From positions 7,688,001 through 7,752,000 of the forward strand of contig CATNEN010000001.1 in NCBI GenBank assembly GCA_950097015.1: 64,000 bases of DNA, written 5' to 3'. Below, in pieces: positions 37,554-50,700 of the stretch (the stretch's first letter is position 1; every line of letters starts with the position of its first letter). The DNA comes from Macrostomum hystrix (taxonomy: Eukaryota > Animalia > Platyhelminthes). The notes under the pieces are model-generated. The model had not been told where the DNA came from and did not search any database. It saw only the letters and a program-made list of their open reading frames with translations. The translations under genes were made by a program, and so were the position numbers.

Positions 37554-39975
37554 ATGAAGTCTGCGGCAGTCGCAGCTGCTGCATCTAAAGCTTCCCTAGC
37601 AAGCAACACTGACAACGGCGGAGAGAATAGCAATGCTGGTCGAGCTAGGTTGCTAAGCCACTTAATCAGCGACGAATCTAGCCGACATCAGCAACAATCT
37701 CAGAATCGACTGGATTTGCCAAGACCGTTGACGGCTAAACGCCGACTATCAGGGGCGCATCAAGAGACAGCCGCAGCCGCAGCCGCAGCAGCGCAAGTGC
37801 CAGTGGGTGTTGAAAAGCCGACAATAGCTAGCCGACTGCGCAGCAGTGTTGGAGGCATAAACGTTGGATCCAATAGCACCAGCGGACTACTAGGAATTGT
37901 CGGAGACACTGGGCCTAGACGAAGATCGCAAAGGATCGCTCCTCTTTTGCCGTTTCGATTGAGAAGTCAGCAAGTAAGTTTTCTACTAAATTTGGTTTCG
38001 TTTTCTTTTAATTTAAAAAACATTGACAGTACTTCCTTCGTATTTTTCAATTTTTTAGATTGCATCTAATGATGTTGGCAACGGAACAGGAAATAGCGAA
38101 ACTGGAGGTGTTCGATTCGGTCGCCTTAGCAACCCACGGCAATTATCTGGAGTAGCCAGGGGCGGCGGCGGTGCTGGCAGAGCCACTAACCTGTGCTACT
38201 ACAGCGGCGGTGCAGGGGCGTTTGGACGAAACGGAGTGGGCATCGGTGCGCCCTACCTGCCTAAGAGTGCCGCTCTGCAGGCGCGACGCGGCAGCAACGC
38301 TGGCTCACGACGAGCCTCAAACAGCAGCGGAGTCGGCATCCTTTTAAATGGCAACGGCGGTGGCAACAGTACTCCCGGCAGTAGGCGAAGCTCCCAGGCG
38401 AGCATTCGCAGTCAAGGCTCAAACGCCGGTGGAGGCGGTGCAGAAAGCGGACGCAAGAAAGCCAGTAAAGCACCAGTTCCAACTATGCTAATCGACGTGC
38501 AAATCCAGCTGCCGCAGTCGCGACACTGGCCAAAATGGCAGCGGGATCGCATCGCTAATAGCTTGTTTGGTAATCGACCCGGAGAAGAACAGTGGATTAC
38601 CCTGGACCAATTGGACGAGAAAATGCGCCAACTGCTACTGCTTAGACCGCAATCAGCTGGAAAAGAAGCTACACCCGCAGTTGGTATTGAGGCATCGGAC
38701 GAGGACTCTGAATCAGCATCGACGTCCAGACGTCGTCAGCGCAATCAGCACAGGCGGGCATCTTTGCGCTCGCGATCACCATCACCGAATGGCAGTAAAG
38801 GAAGTGAAGGCTATCAACAACAGGCGCTGCAGCCGCAGCAGCAACAGCTATTGCTGCGAATAAAGGCTAGACAACCAGCGACTGAGCGACAGTTAACACG
38901 CAGAAGGCCGTCATTTTCACTCGCAGCAACAGCAACCGAGGTGGCCAGTGCGGTTTCAGCAAAGCAGCACTATCATCAGCAGACATCAGCAACTACAGCT
39001 CAACTGGCTTCAGGTGTAGCACGTCGCAGAGGGAGTCATGCTAACCTAGTATTCCCTCACAGATGGCCAAGCGCTCGACCTACATCGTCTGCAACGCAAA
39101 ATACAACGACGGTATCTACAGCAACGGCAGCAGGGGCGACAACAACGCAGTACGAGCAGCGAGTCCCAGCCAGACAGGATCTAAACATTCAGGCGGCCGC
39201 AACTGTTACATCAACAAGCCAGACTAAAGTTGGCGAATCAGTGGCACATGCAGACAACGATAAGACAACCAGGCAGCAACATCCGGCGAGACGATTTCAC
39301 AAGGTCGGATTAGGCAGGGCAAGAGCAGGACGACTGTTAAAGACAGTCTCGGAGCAGAGGTTTAGTTTTCTGGGTGCAGCTGCGGGAGGCGGAAGACGCG
39401 GCTCGACTGTCACCGCTATTGCTGCCGCAGCGTCTGCCGGTACAGGAAGTTCAACGAAGGCTGGAAGTACAGGAAATGAGACTAAAAATGTCAATAGAGC
39501 TGGCAATGGCATAAAATTAGCAGCAAATCATGGAGGCGGCGGTCGCATCTGTGGTGACGATCCCTACACGAGCCAACTACGCAATAGTGTGCACAATACC
39601 TACTACAATCCAGGACCTGTGGATGCGGCTGAAGCTGCAGCAAACAATTCACAAAGCATGACAGTATCAAAAACTACCGGTGGCAATACTTCTTCAACGA
39701 AAGGATCAGCAACAGCAACAGCAGCAGCAGCAGGATTAGGAACGGCAACAACTGGCAAAGGAGTTGCCAGTTTAACTCACAGCATTAGCACACCAAGCAT
39801 TGTGATCGACGTTGCAGGAAGCGACGACATTGGGAGTGGCATTGCGGTTGCATCATCAGGTGCATCAACTGACACAGTTAGTGTTTTTGGCCAATCAACA
39901 CTGACAGCAGCATCAGCACTGCGTGGTCGAAAAGCGCCAGTGCAGAGCTTGCTTCAAGTGCCAGGATTTTACTGA
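37554..39975 (+). CDS. Uncharacterised disordered protein (~780 aa) with many RRxS motifs; exons 37554-37973, 38059-39975
   Basis: Two long ORFs joined in frame by an 85-nt GT-AG intron. G/S/A/T/Q-rich, with one ordered-looking island (MLIDVQIQLP...WITLDQLDEKMRQLL). An upstream exon ending at a donor near 37292 is possible. Confidence 0.78.
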
Positions 39976-40352
39976 CCAATATATCTAATGCAACAATTGA
40001 AGTTTAAAGCTTTTTTCCGAGTAAAAACTTCAACACAGTCACTTGCACCAATTAGCTGAATGTTGCCACTTGCAAACTCAGCTCTGTTTAGGCCTACAAA
40101 GCAGAAATAGTTTTCTCAGCTACAAAGTCACTACTTTAAGTAGCAATAAGGCTTTTGTATTAAAATTTGAAACAAAATGGTTGAAATTTTGAAATTAAAT
40201 TAGAAAAATCTAGACTACTATACTTGTTCTATGATATAAATTTCAATGGATAAACAAGCAGATTAGTGCAAATTTATGTAGAAAACAAGAAAAAATGTTT
40301 GGCTTTCAATATGCTTTTTTAATGTAAGCTGGATCTCACAAAATAGTTAGAT

Positions 40353-40708
40353 CAGGGGTAGGCAAACTTATTTGCTGGCGGGCCAAAGATAGAACCTAAA
40401 AGATGACAGCAGGCCGCATTGACTGTATAAATATGAGGTAGGGGAGAGATGAGACATGAGAGAGATGAGACAGGGAAGAGATTAGACATGGGAGAGATTT
40501 GACACGGGAGAGATTAGACACAGAAGAGATTGAGACATGGGAGAAATTAGACACTGGAGAGATTAGATACGAGAGCGATGAGACACGGGAGAGATTAGAC
40601 ATGAGAGAGATGAAACAATACACTTTAGATGTCAGAAGGGGCAATGGGCCGGATTTGGGAGCTTCAAGGGCAGCATCTGGCCCACGGGCCAGAGTTTGCC
40701 TACCCCTG
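40353..40708. mobile_element. hAT (Charlie-like) MITE
   Basis: 16-bp perfect terminal inverted repeat (TIR) caggggtaggcaaact. 8-bp TSD agttagat on both sides. Confidence 0.92.
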
Positions 40709-41654
40709 AGTTAGATGGTCAACAAGATGGTCAAAATGTGATTGTTTTATTATAAAATTGTATTCATTTTTCATACAATTTTAGATTTACAATGCAGATT
40801 GAGCTATACATTTCCATAGATGAGTTTTTTACTTTGATTCTGCAATCTAATTTGATGCACAGAAGCACAAATATAATTATAGATATTATTTTTAAAGCCT
40901 TTGAATTGGTTAAATTATCACTGCTTTAAACTTTCATCAATTGTCTAAAAATAAAATAATATATCTACTATATAGAATAATTATTACAAGCCATGAAATT
41001 TCTATAATTAGCTTTATAAACTTAGTTCCAAGTTTATAATAAATTATAATAAATTATAAGTTATAATAAATTGATCACAAAATGACACAGCCCTAGCTAG
41101 CTATACTCTGCAACATAATTTAAAAGCAACTGATATATATATATATACTTCAAAGATTCAAAGAATACTTCAAAGAATAGAAGCTGCAAAGTATTTGTTT
41201 CAATGGCAAAATTATTTTTAAAAAACAATGCTAGACATATACTAGGTAGTTTTACATATATTAAAATAAATGTAGAACTTGCATTTAATTACTTCAGAGA
41301 AGTTACAAATTTTAAACATTACTATTAATAAAACTTTATATGTGCCCTATTAAAATTTGTACTCCAACTGATAGCAAGCTTGAAAATATCTAAGCTTAGC
41401 TTTTTGTAACTAGGTAAGGAGTTGAATGATAAAGTTACAATCATATACAAGTATTATAATTTTAGTATGCTTCTGAAAGTTAGCCAGCAGTGCATTGTGA
41501 GATAAATAGAACTAGGCTATTATAACTGAAATTTGCGGCATAGACATATGATTAAACCCTAAATTAACTTACAGAATCTACTTTGCTTTCTAGCCTTAGC
41601 CCCACAGTTCAGATTATCACAATCAAAGATGATTAGGATATTTGTTGCATTAAT

Positions 41655-41958
41655 TTAATAATAATAATTGATTACACCTGCCCCAATTGGGTCAGATGTG
41701 CAGCCGACAGCACAGCCGCAGCTAATGCGCGGCACATCTGAAGGCTGTGTACAGCTATTCAGTCCACGGACTGGGGGGACGCCACACACACCTTCAATTA
41801 TCCCAGCTGATGCTGGTACCCATTTAACAGCTTGGTGAACTGAAGCAATACAGAGTTAAGTGTCTTGCTAAAGGACGTAAATTGTTCCAGTGGAGTCGGG
41901 AATCGAACACCCGACCTTCAAGTCGTGAGTCCGACGCCCTAACCACTAGGCTACAACC
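41655..41958 (-). mobile_element. SINE family A, full length
   Basis: Reverse complement of 1709-2019 with few substitutions. TSD-like tttgttgca on both flanks. Confidence 0.9.
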
Positions 41959-43019
41959 TTTTTGTTGCAAAAAAAGTAAAAATTAAGAAGATCCAAAGAA
42001 GTTGAGTCGCTAAGTGACTCAAGTTGAAGTCGAGGAACAAACGGCTTAAACTTCGAGTAATTGAAAACCCAAAGCAAAGCACTTCAAAGGGTTTTATAAA
42101 TGTACTAAATAAACTACATACACAGTCAGTAGTAGTCAGGGGTAGTCAGGACTCATACATAGTCAGGAGTTGCATTATTACAGGAATATATGTACTGATT
42201 GCGGTCAACATTCTTTCTTTATTAACAGTACAAAGCAGCAAATAAGTAAGTGAACATATCATAAGTATTGTAATATAAATAAACAAAATTAGAAATTAGA
42301 AATTAAATAAAACTCTGAGTGCCAGAAACAGTTCCTTGATTTTCACTTCTACTGTTTGATAATATAAAATATGAGTTAAATATGCTTCATACACGAGCAG
42401 CAAGGATTTTGTTTAGTAAGTGGCGATTCACAGTTCTGGTTTTGTTAAAAAGCACATTATTCAAAAAAGTTATCGCGTCTGTCTAAATGTAACCATATAT
42501 CATGCCAGAAATGTCTTTGAAACAATTCAATTGATTATGAATAATCAGTGAGCTACTACAGTGCTTATTTTTTATGCAACTAAAGACTCCGCAGATGGAG
42601 AAGTAGAACGATACGTGGTGGGTGATGGCCATGGGTGGTTATCTAGCTAATAACAGGCATAAACTCCTAACTAAAGCCGTAAAACTCGCGTCGTAACACC
42701 AAGATCAGGATCGTTGAGGTTGTAGCTAGCACAATGGGTTTGAGCTTCCGGTTTCTTGATTGCTACAATAATTTAAGTTTTTCTATTCGCTAAAGTAAGA
42801 TGTACAAAAAAGATTTTCCCGAAATGCGTTTTTCTCATGCAGGTTGATCTAACAATAAAGTTGCATGCATGATAACGGCATAGTCATAATTAATCGAGAG
42901 TATTTTTACTTGCGGATTAGATTTTTGAAGGCTTAAATCCAGATTATATTACGTTTACTAGAGATTAAACCTATACTCGAACAATTCAAAACACCTTGAC
43001 AAAAGATCGATTGACGCAA

Positions 43020-44138
43020 CCCACTGGAAAATGTACTAGGGGACCCTTAGGGGAACTGAAGGGGCATCGGGGTTTGGTTGGGGCGAGGTTGAAAGGCAAA
43101 GATTGTTTATTTTTTGCATAAAAGTAAATTCCTTGAGGCATATTTCAACTTTTCTACTTTTTAAAGTGTTTAAGCATATTTGGGTCAGAGGGGGTTTTGA
43201 TGGGGTTTTCCCCTATGAACTCAGCTTTTGGGGCTGTCCCCTAAAAGCCCCTTAGCCTTTAATCGTTATAACAAAGTTTGAAAGTTTTTTTGAGTTTGAA
43301 TATTTCAAGCGAGTTGCCTAACAAATGCTTGTTTATTTTACTTTTTATTGTTTCAAAAACGAATAATTTGTATAGTGCAAGATTTTTATTTTAAATGTAG
43401 TTAACCCTGCACTTAGCGTCTAGATGCACAAAACACGAAAGTTATCTTTTTATCGCAGAACTTTTAATTTAATGATATGTAGCTATCTGTCTGTATGATA
43501 TCGATTCTTGTACGAGAGACAGAGTCAGGGCACTCTGAAATAAAAAAGGATGTGTAAAGCCCAGAGATAGGCTAGCCTAAATATAAGTTTATTAATCAGG
43601 TATTGCCATTTAGACTGGCTAACAAGCATTCATTCGATCATATATAGGCCCTATATTGGGTCAATTATAGTAGACCTAGTCCTGAACAATGCTCTTCAAT
43701 ATAACTGAGGCAGTAATTGTTTGATTACATTTTTTGTTATATGCCTGTGCCTAGGTAGGCCTACTTTACCTATTATTTTCTATAGTAGTTAGCATGGCTA
43801 GGCACTTCGGAAAAGGAATAATATAAATGCAATGAAGTCTCGAAATGTGCAGCTTTGACTTTGACTGCTTCATTTGACTGCTGATTAGAAATCATTCTCT
43901 AACTTCTAATTTCTAAAATCTTCCGCTGATACAGAGTACAAATATATTGCAAAAATCTGCTAGGGGTTAGCCCCTATAAGCTACATTTTACTAGGGTCTG
44001 AGAAGGGGATTACCCTTAACCAATTCCCCTAGTTGCCCCTAGGGGTCCCCTGCCGAACCTGCTCTCATTCCCCTAGTCATCCCCTATCGTTCCCCGAGGT
44101 GTAACCCCGAGGGGTCCCCTAGTGTTTTTGCCAGTGGG
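43020..44138. mobile_element. Non-autonomous DNA transposon, CMC/EnSpm-like
   Basis: Imperfect TIRs cccactgg..aa...actaggggaccc. G-run and C-run subterminal repeats. 2-bp aa flanks. No ORF. Confidence 0.72.
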
Positions 44139-45249
44139 AATACGCATGAATAGAATTGAAGAAATAAAATAAAAGTAGTACAAGTAAGATAAGCGAGAAA
44201 AGGTACGAACAATGGGAAAAAAATAAGTTCACTTTAACTGGCCTAACCCACGCAATGCTCTGCGGAGGAGGCCCAGCTGTATCCGCTTTCGGCTCCGACA
44301 GATCCTATCTAGCACTGCTTCTGCCAGACGGCGGGGTCTCGGAAGAGCACTCTGACTTTGACAACAGGCGCCTATATTTAGACCACTCTTGACCAGCGGA
44401 GCACTTTCAATACGCGGAACGCCGAGAGCTGCCTAACTGACAAGCTGCAGCCTGTGGTCGATAACGGGTGGAACGAATCAAAAGCTTGGGCAATCTCTGA
44501 TTAGAGCGCGCAGCGCGCTCTCAGAGGGTCTAAGCGAAAAACACGCTGTCTATATAGATCGATCTGACCCCTAATTATGGCGGTTCGCGGGGTGGCTGTC
44601 AGGCTGGCATGCAGCTTGAGCCTGATTGGTGGAATCGCAATAGACTTGCGGCCACTGTCTCTAGTCCTGGGGGTGTTCTTCTCGCCGGGGTAGAAAATCA
44701 GCGAGGCCGGATTGCAATCTGATTGGCCGGGGCTCCAGCCCAGGGGTATAGATTTGACGGGTTGGTTGTTGGCCCGGATCGCGGCTAGGCGTAAACTTGG
44801 GCTGTTCTAAAAGTAGACTGGACACTCGCTATACTGTCCTACGTGCGAACAAGCTAGGACATAAAAATAACAAAATATGCTCACTCTAGATAAACCTTCT
44901 ACGATCTCACTCGTTCAGGCTGCATCTATGTGCAGTGCAGTGCATTCGAATTGTCCATTGTTAATTTCAGTACGCAGGCTGTGTATATGATAAATGCATT
45001 GAGGCAATTATATTGTGCTATTATCTTAGCTTGCACAGAATTTATGTTAATTGTGCAATTACTTAAGCGAAAACTCCTAAACAAGAACATCCGCATCAGT
45101 CTGCTGAGAGTAAACTCAAGTATTAAGATGCTTGAGGTTATATATATAAAGAGTAAACTGAGTCACTAAAAGCGCCAACTTAAATAACATGCAAAGCTGA
45201 TATAGCACTGAAATTTAATATCGAACTTTACAAACCTGTGATTAAAGTC

Positions 45250-46782
45250 ATGAATTTTCGTCAAGGCACCTGGATGCACAGCCTGGTAATCTTATTCATC
45301 ATGCGAGTGTGCATGTCGTTCAACTTCAATTCTTCCCGCGACATTCGCATCACAGACTTTGTCTGGGACGCCAACGTTGGACACTGTAAATTTGTTGGCG
45401 GCAGCGACGGAAATCCCTACACATACGAAATTGTTAATTACCTGATACAATTCTTCCTACCTGTTCTAGGCGGCCTCATAGCCGACAGGTGGTTTCGAGA
45501 GATTTATCTCCTACGCGCTGCCGGGGCCCTCCTGTTAGTGTCTGCGATCTACATAACTGCCGTCGACTTGGCCGGTATCGTCTGCCTGCCAGCAGTGTAT
45601 CTGGCGGGTCTAGTACCGAGCTGCTTGGCCAACGGAATCTGCGTCGCCCCAATGTTGGCAACACCAATGAAGGTGTCTCAAGGTCAGTTCGGCAGTCCAA
45701 CTCCTGGATTGATTTTGTTCTACGCTTCGGCCTCACTCGGTGAAATGATGGGCCTGGTACCCAGGCTGTTTCGATCTAGCTTCAACCTTACCTGGATTAT
45801 CTGCATCTCGTCACTTGTGTATGTGGCGACGTCGTGGGTACTGGAGCTTAAATGGGCTACGTATCCACATCGTGATGCAATCTACGCCATTCCTGCCAAC
45901 TTTCAATTTCCAACCAAAGCACGACTTTTGCGCTATTTTCTGCTTCTTGTGCCACTAGTTTTGCTGGTGGTCCTCATTGCAACTGTGCGCGGTGCGACAT
46001 ACTGTTTGGAGATACATTACTATCTTAACTATTCGACTGTCAACTCTACAGACACCTGTGCAGGGGTATTCGTTAGTTACAACTTAGCAACTATATGCAT
46101 GCTGTTGATCTTGGCTGGATTCTATCAATTAGGCTGGCTGAGCATAGAGGGTCAAATCAATATACGCTTCTGCTCTGGCGCGGTTTTGCTGCTACTGTGT
46201 CGGGCCGCCATGATTCCCTGGCACACCTGGGCTTCCAAAATGGCCAGTGAAACTTGGACTAATCCGAATTCGCGACTGGTTAACATCGTCTACGCATTGG
46301 CGTCAACTGTTGACGGTGTCGCAAATGCTCTGGCTCTGGCTGCTGGATACGAGCTCATGTACCTGGTGGCACCAGCCGGTTATAAAAACCTGGTCGTGGG
46401 CTTCCTGTACTCTGTCTGGGCCATCGGCGCGTGCATTACCGGCGGCATGGTGATTCTAATGCTGAAGTATCCAAGTGGACAGCCAATTCTAGGCCCGGTG
46501 TTTGGCAAATGGAACAGCCTTAATACCGTTTACATAGTAATGCTGATTCAAGCAATAGCGCTTCTACTCTACTATATTTGCGTCAATATGAAGATTTCCC
46601 GGAATATGATCGAGTTGGAGGCCACCGATTGTGACGCCACCGAATCGAGCAATGCAGAACAAGAGGCCGGTAGCATTGACGGCGGCTATGATTTGAGTAT
46701 TCTAGGCGGCTCTTTGAGAACGCCTCTACTGGCTGAGGAAAATAGGTTAATTGGTCACCGATATGCTAGCATTCATTCCTGA
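45250..46782 (+). CDS. Intronless MFS transporter, SLC15/POT (peptide transporter)-like
   Basis: Many hydrophobic helices. LPVLGGLIADRWF and GYELMYLVAPAGYKNLVVG resemble POT-family motifs. First ATG is at 45250. Confidence 0.75.
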   Translation: MNFRQGTWMHSLVILFIMRVCMSFNFNSSRDIRITDFVWDANVGHCKFVGGSDGNPYTYEIVNYLIQFFLPVLGGLIADRWFREIYLLRAAGALLLVSAIYITAVDLAGIVCLPAVYLAGLVPSCLANGICVAPMLATPMKVSQGQFGSPTPGLILFYASASLGEMMGLVPRLFRSSFNLTWIICISSLVYVATSWVLELKWATYPHRDAIYAIPANFQFPTKARLLRYFLLLVPLVLLVVLIATVRGATYCLEIHYYLNYSTVNSTDTCAGVFVSYNLATICMLLILAGFYQLGWLSIEGQINIRFCSGAVLLLLCRAAMIPWHTWASKMASETWTNPNSRLVNIVYALASTVDGVANALALAAGYELMYLVAPAGYKNLVVGFLYSVWAIGACITGGMVILMLKYPSGQPILGPVFGKWNSLNTVYIVMLIQAIALLLYYICVNMKISRNMIELEATDCDATESSNAEQEAGSIDGGYDLSILGGSLRTPLLAEENRLIGHRYASIHS

Positions 46783-47735
46783 ATAAGCAGACTGCGAATC
46801 TAACCTCATTCTAATACCTGAAAACTTAATTAGGCCACTTCATACTAGCTCACAAATGCGGCTAGGCATCCTAAATACTTGTGTTATTCGTATTTGCTAC
46901 GTAGAAAATGCTTATTGTCGATTTTTCTAATTAACGTTGTTTTCTGAAATTCTTAAAAAGAAGAAATTTTATTTTTGTGCTCTTTTTCTTTTAAATGCGT
47001 AGTTGAGTGACAACTTTTTTCTTTTTGCAGTTCGACGGAGAGATGCTTGCTCTTTTTTCAGCAAATCAGCAAATCAGCCAATGTGTGTGAAAATGTGAAA
47101 ATTTACAAATGCTCTAAACAACTGTATTAATCCATACCGCACTTACCAACTATTTAATGACTCATTCACTGCCTTTAAACTTCGCCGGGCCAGTTCAATA
47201 CATCTCCACGGGTCCGGCTCTATTTGGCTAAGACCCAGTGAACTCTGATTGGCTGGCTGGCAGCCCTACGACTATCCGCCTCGTCTCTCTCACTGTTCTG
47301 CGAGCTATCCCTGTCAGTCCAGCTTGGTTTAGTCCACCCCTTCTAACGCCGCCCTGATTGGCTGGGGTAGCCGTCGCCCCTAACCACGCTTTTCTGCCCC
47401 CAGCTAGCCCCACCCAATGCCTTTTTTTATTATTTTTAAAGCTGGGCCTTCTCCAACTCCAATCTCGCTTGTTTTCAACGTTACACCCACCCACCCTGTG
47501 ATATAGCATGATAAACAAAATTTAGAAGCCAACGATAAATATAGCAATCTGACGACAACGAGATTTTATACTCGCTTTATTAATGTCTTAGAGTGAAGCA
47601 GCTACCAGACAAGTCCAGTACTCGAACCTATGAACGCCGTCTAAATCAAAACACGTAATGCTATGGAACTCGATCTTTCATAGGAGATTAAAAAAGTGAA
47701 TTCTTCAAGTACAATCTCAACCCAGTTTTCCATGT

Positions 47736-50700
47736 TCATAGTTGGTCGCACGCTTCAGCGAACGGAGCGAGCAGCTGCACTACTACACTGCCCTGGTCGC
47801 TATTCTCGTTGCCGCCTGTAACAGCTCTGCAGCCGGTGCCTGAACAGTAGGAGCCGCCTCCGCCGCCCGCCTGGTAGCCCCTGAGTCCAGCACCGCCTCC
47901 GCTGAAACCGCCGCCGCCGCCAGCGGCACCCCAATAATAGGCTCGTCCACCGCCGCCACCGCCGCCGAAGCCACCAGCGCCTCCGTTTCCAGAGCCGACT
48001 CCGCCAATCCAACCGTCGGCTAGGCTACCGCCACGCTCGCCATCGTCGGAGCTTCGTCTAGAATGTACGGCCTTCCCAAGCCAGCCGGCTCCGCAGCCAC
48101 CGTGGTTGCTCTCGTTGGTTGGCGTTGCGTTAGGAAAATTATAGCCTGGATTGCCGTTCGCGCCTCCGATACCGGCATAGATGACGCTTTTACCAATTGA
48201 GTCGCTGCCATTAACGCCGGATCTACCGGGACGACCTGAAATTTGCGCGCAAGTTGTTGGATTGAAAACGCGTGAGACTGGCAGAAAATTAATAAAGGTT
48301 TGACTCGCGGCTTTTTAGGTTGCGCCACAGACGTTAAAAAATTCGAAAAATGAATCAGACAAAATTTCGGTTGTCTCAGGATGGCTTCATAATTTGTATA
48401 TAACCAGTCTATGGCCCGACTTGGCCCAAAATTTTTAATGCTATCACAGACGATTGGAGCGTGAAACAATATTAGTATTGCTTTTGTTGCGCTATGTGGA
48501 ACGTACAGTGGACATGCAAAACGGAACGGCCCATTGAATTCTATGGCCGAGCGTTTGAATTCACATGAGAAAGTAAGCCATAGACAACTCAAATTGTCAT
48601 GCTATGTGGAACGATGAGCCAGAATAGAAGGAACGATTTTAGCTTTTATTTGCAGAAAGAATAAAGGCAAGCAGAAGCAGAATTGCATTCAAGTGAATCT
48701 TATCATAAGTCTGAAATTGAAGCATCAGTTACAAAATTTGAACCCCTAAAACAGATGTCGCTGCAAACACAATCGAAACAATCGATTGCAGCGCAGCTCC
48801 CTGCCAGCGCACTTGTCAGCAGTGACTGCTTGACCAACAGCTTCAAGTATAGCATGAATCTCCACTGCTCAAGTGTCAATCCTTCTGGTGGAACTTGCTC
48901 ATCCTCAACCATGCCGGCTTCCGCCAAACGGTTCTTGAGATTTGACTTCAACGCAGAGTTAGCAAATTCGGTCGGGTTTAGAAATGGTGAATAGGGGGTA
49001 GGATTCGTGTCGTAATTATGTTCCGATGGTTCTCTCGGATCTCCACATTACGATGAAAATTTGGGCCGTCCATAAAAATTATCCAGTTTCCAGTAGGGTC
49101 CAGTTGATGGCAGCGGTCTGCTAGGTGGTTTAAAAATTCTTGAAACCTCTCTGGATGACAGAATGCACCAACCCGAACTCCGACTAAATTGCCATTCAAA
49201 CCGTATCGTTAGGACCCCTTTGGGTTGTCACCGTGCGCTTCACTGGGTGTCCGACCTGTCCTGCGACCTCCGGGTCCACAAGTTAAAACCGGTCTCATCT
49301 AAGTAGACAGTGCGAACTCCTGGAGCTTAGTGGAGCATGAAGTTAGCGTATTCGCTTCTGGCGTCCAGGCTTTCAACTCGGTTGGTGTTTAGGCGAATAT
49401 CCGTCCCCTTGGTAGCTAGTTTAACCGTAAAGAGCAAACCATCCATTGTTCGATCAATTGTTTTAAGGCTCACCTGCGGCTTGTCAGGAAAGCGTCCAAT
49501 CAGCTTCTCAGCCATTGACTTTAGGTTTAGAAAGGGATTTCGCTGCACCTCATGTTATAAAAAATCTCGCACCTCTGCGTCCATTTTGCAGCTTGCTTCC
49601 TTGCGTCCTCCACGAGGCAAAGCTTCCAACCTGCCAGCTTGTTCGAATGTTGACCGAATACGGTAAACAGAAGTTTTGGATACTCCTAACAAGACTGACA
49701 CGTCCCTCATCGACAGTCCACCTTGCAAGGGGGCGACGATGCGCTGTCGATCACGTACAGAAATTTGAGACGTCATTATTGCTTAACTGATCAAACGAAA
49801 GAAAATGAAAGCGTGTTGTTGTCACTGTGAAAAACTAAAATCGTTCCTTCTATTCTGACTCATCGTTCCACATAGCATGACAATTTGAGTTGTCTATGGC
49901 TTACTTTCTCATGTGAATTCAAACGCTTGGTCATAGAATTCCATGGGCCGTTCCGTTTTGCATGTCCACTGTTCCACATAGCGCGACAAAGGCAATAGTC
50001 TGAGCGTGCAGCAGTACATCATTTATTCACTTTTCAAATGTCTATGGCCTCAAGGTTTATTGGCAGTTTCGCAAGACAGATAGCAAGTTGTGGCCATAGA
50101 CGATCAGTGGGCTTAATTGATAGACGGCTAAATTGATACAATGTTGATTATTTCCTGTCGCAGTTTATATATACACTCTTAGATAAAATCCTACCGTCAT
50201 TGTCATACGAAGCGCCGCCGCCGCCAGCAGCAGCCATTAGTAGGCCGTCCGGATGCGAAGCCAACTGTCTGTAAACAAAACTGCCGCCTCCGCCGCCGGC
50301 TCCGGCATTGCGACTGCGAGACGAGACTCCGGTCTGGCCGACAACAATCGACAGCTTGTCGCCAGATTCTAGACGGAAAATTCCCGACCCAAATGCGCCT
50401 CGTCCAGCTGTGTGATTAGCGAGACTGTTGTTGCCGCCGCTGGCTCCAGTGACGATAATCCGATAGCAGCCAGTCAGATTCACCACAGCTTGCTGAATGA
50501 TGCCATTAGCTCCAACGCCTGTAGCTGCATATTGAAATGATATTACAATGCGCAGTGTCAGGCAGTGTGCAAATGTTATTATGCCATGTGGGTTGTGGCC
50601 CTTCCTAGGTGGGAGGTGGAATATTGTTGCGAGAATCGAACCAATGACTACTTCAAAGAGCCATAATCATACATCAAATACAGAGAATAGTATAGAAGTA

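Noticed and set aside
47783-48592. Listed ORFs 47783-48007, 47800-48012 and 48020-48592
   Set aside because: Off-frame shadows of the glycine-rich last exon 48235-47736.
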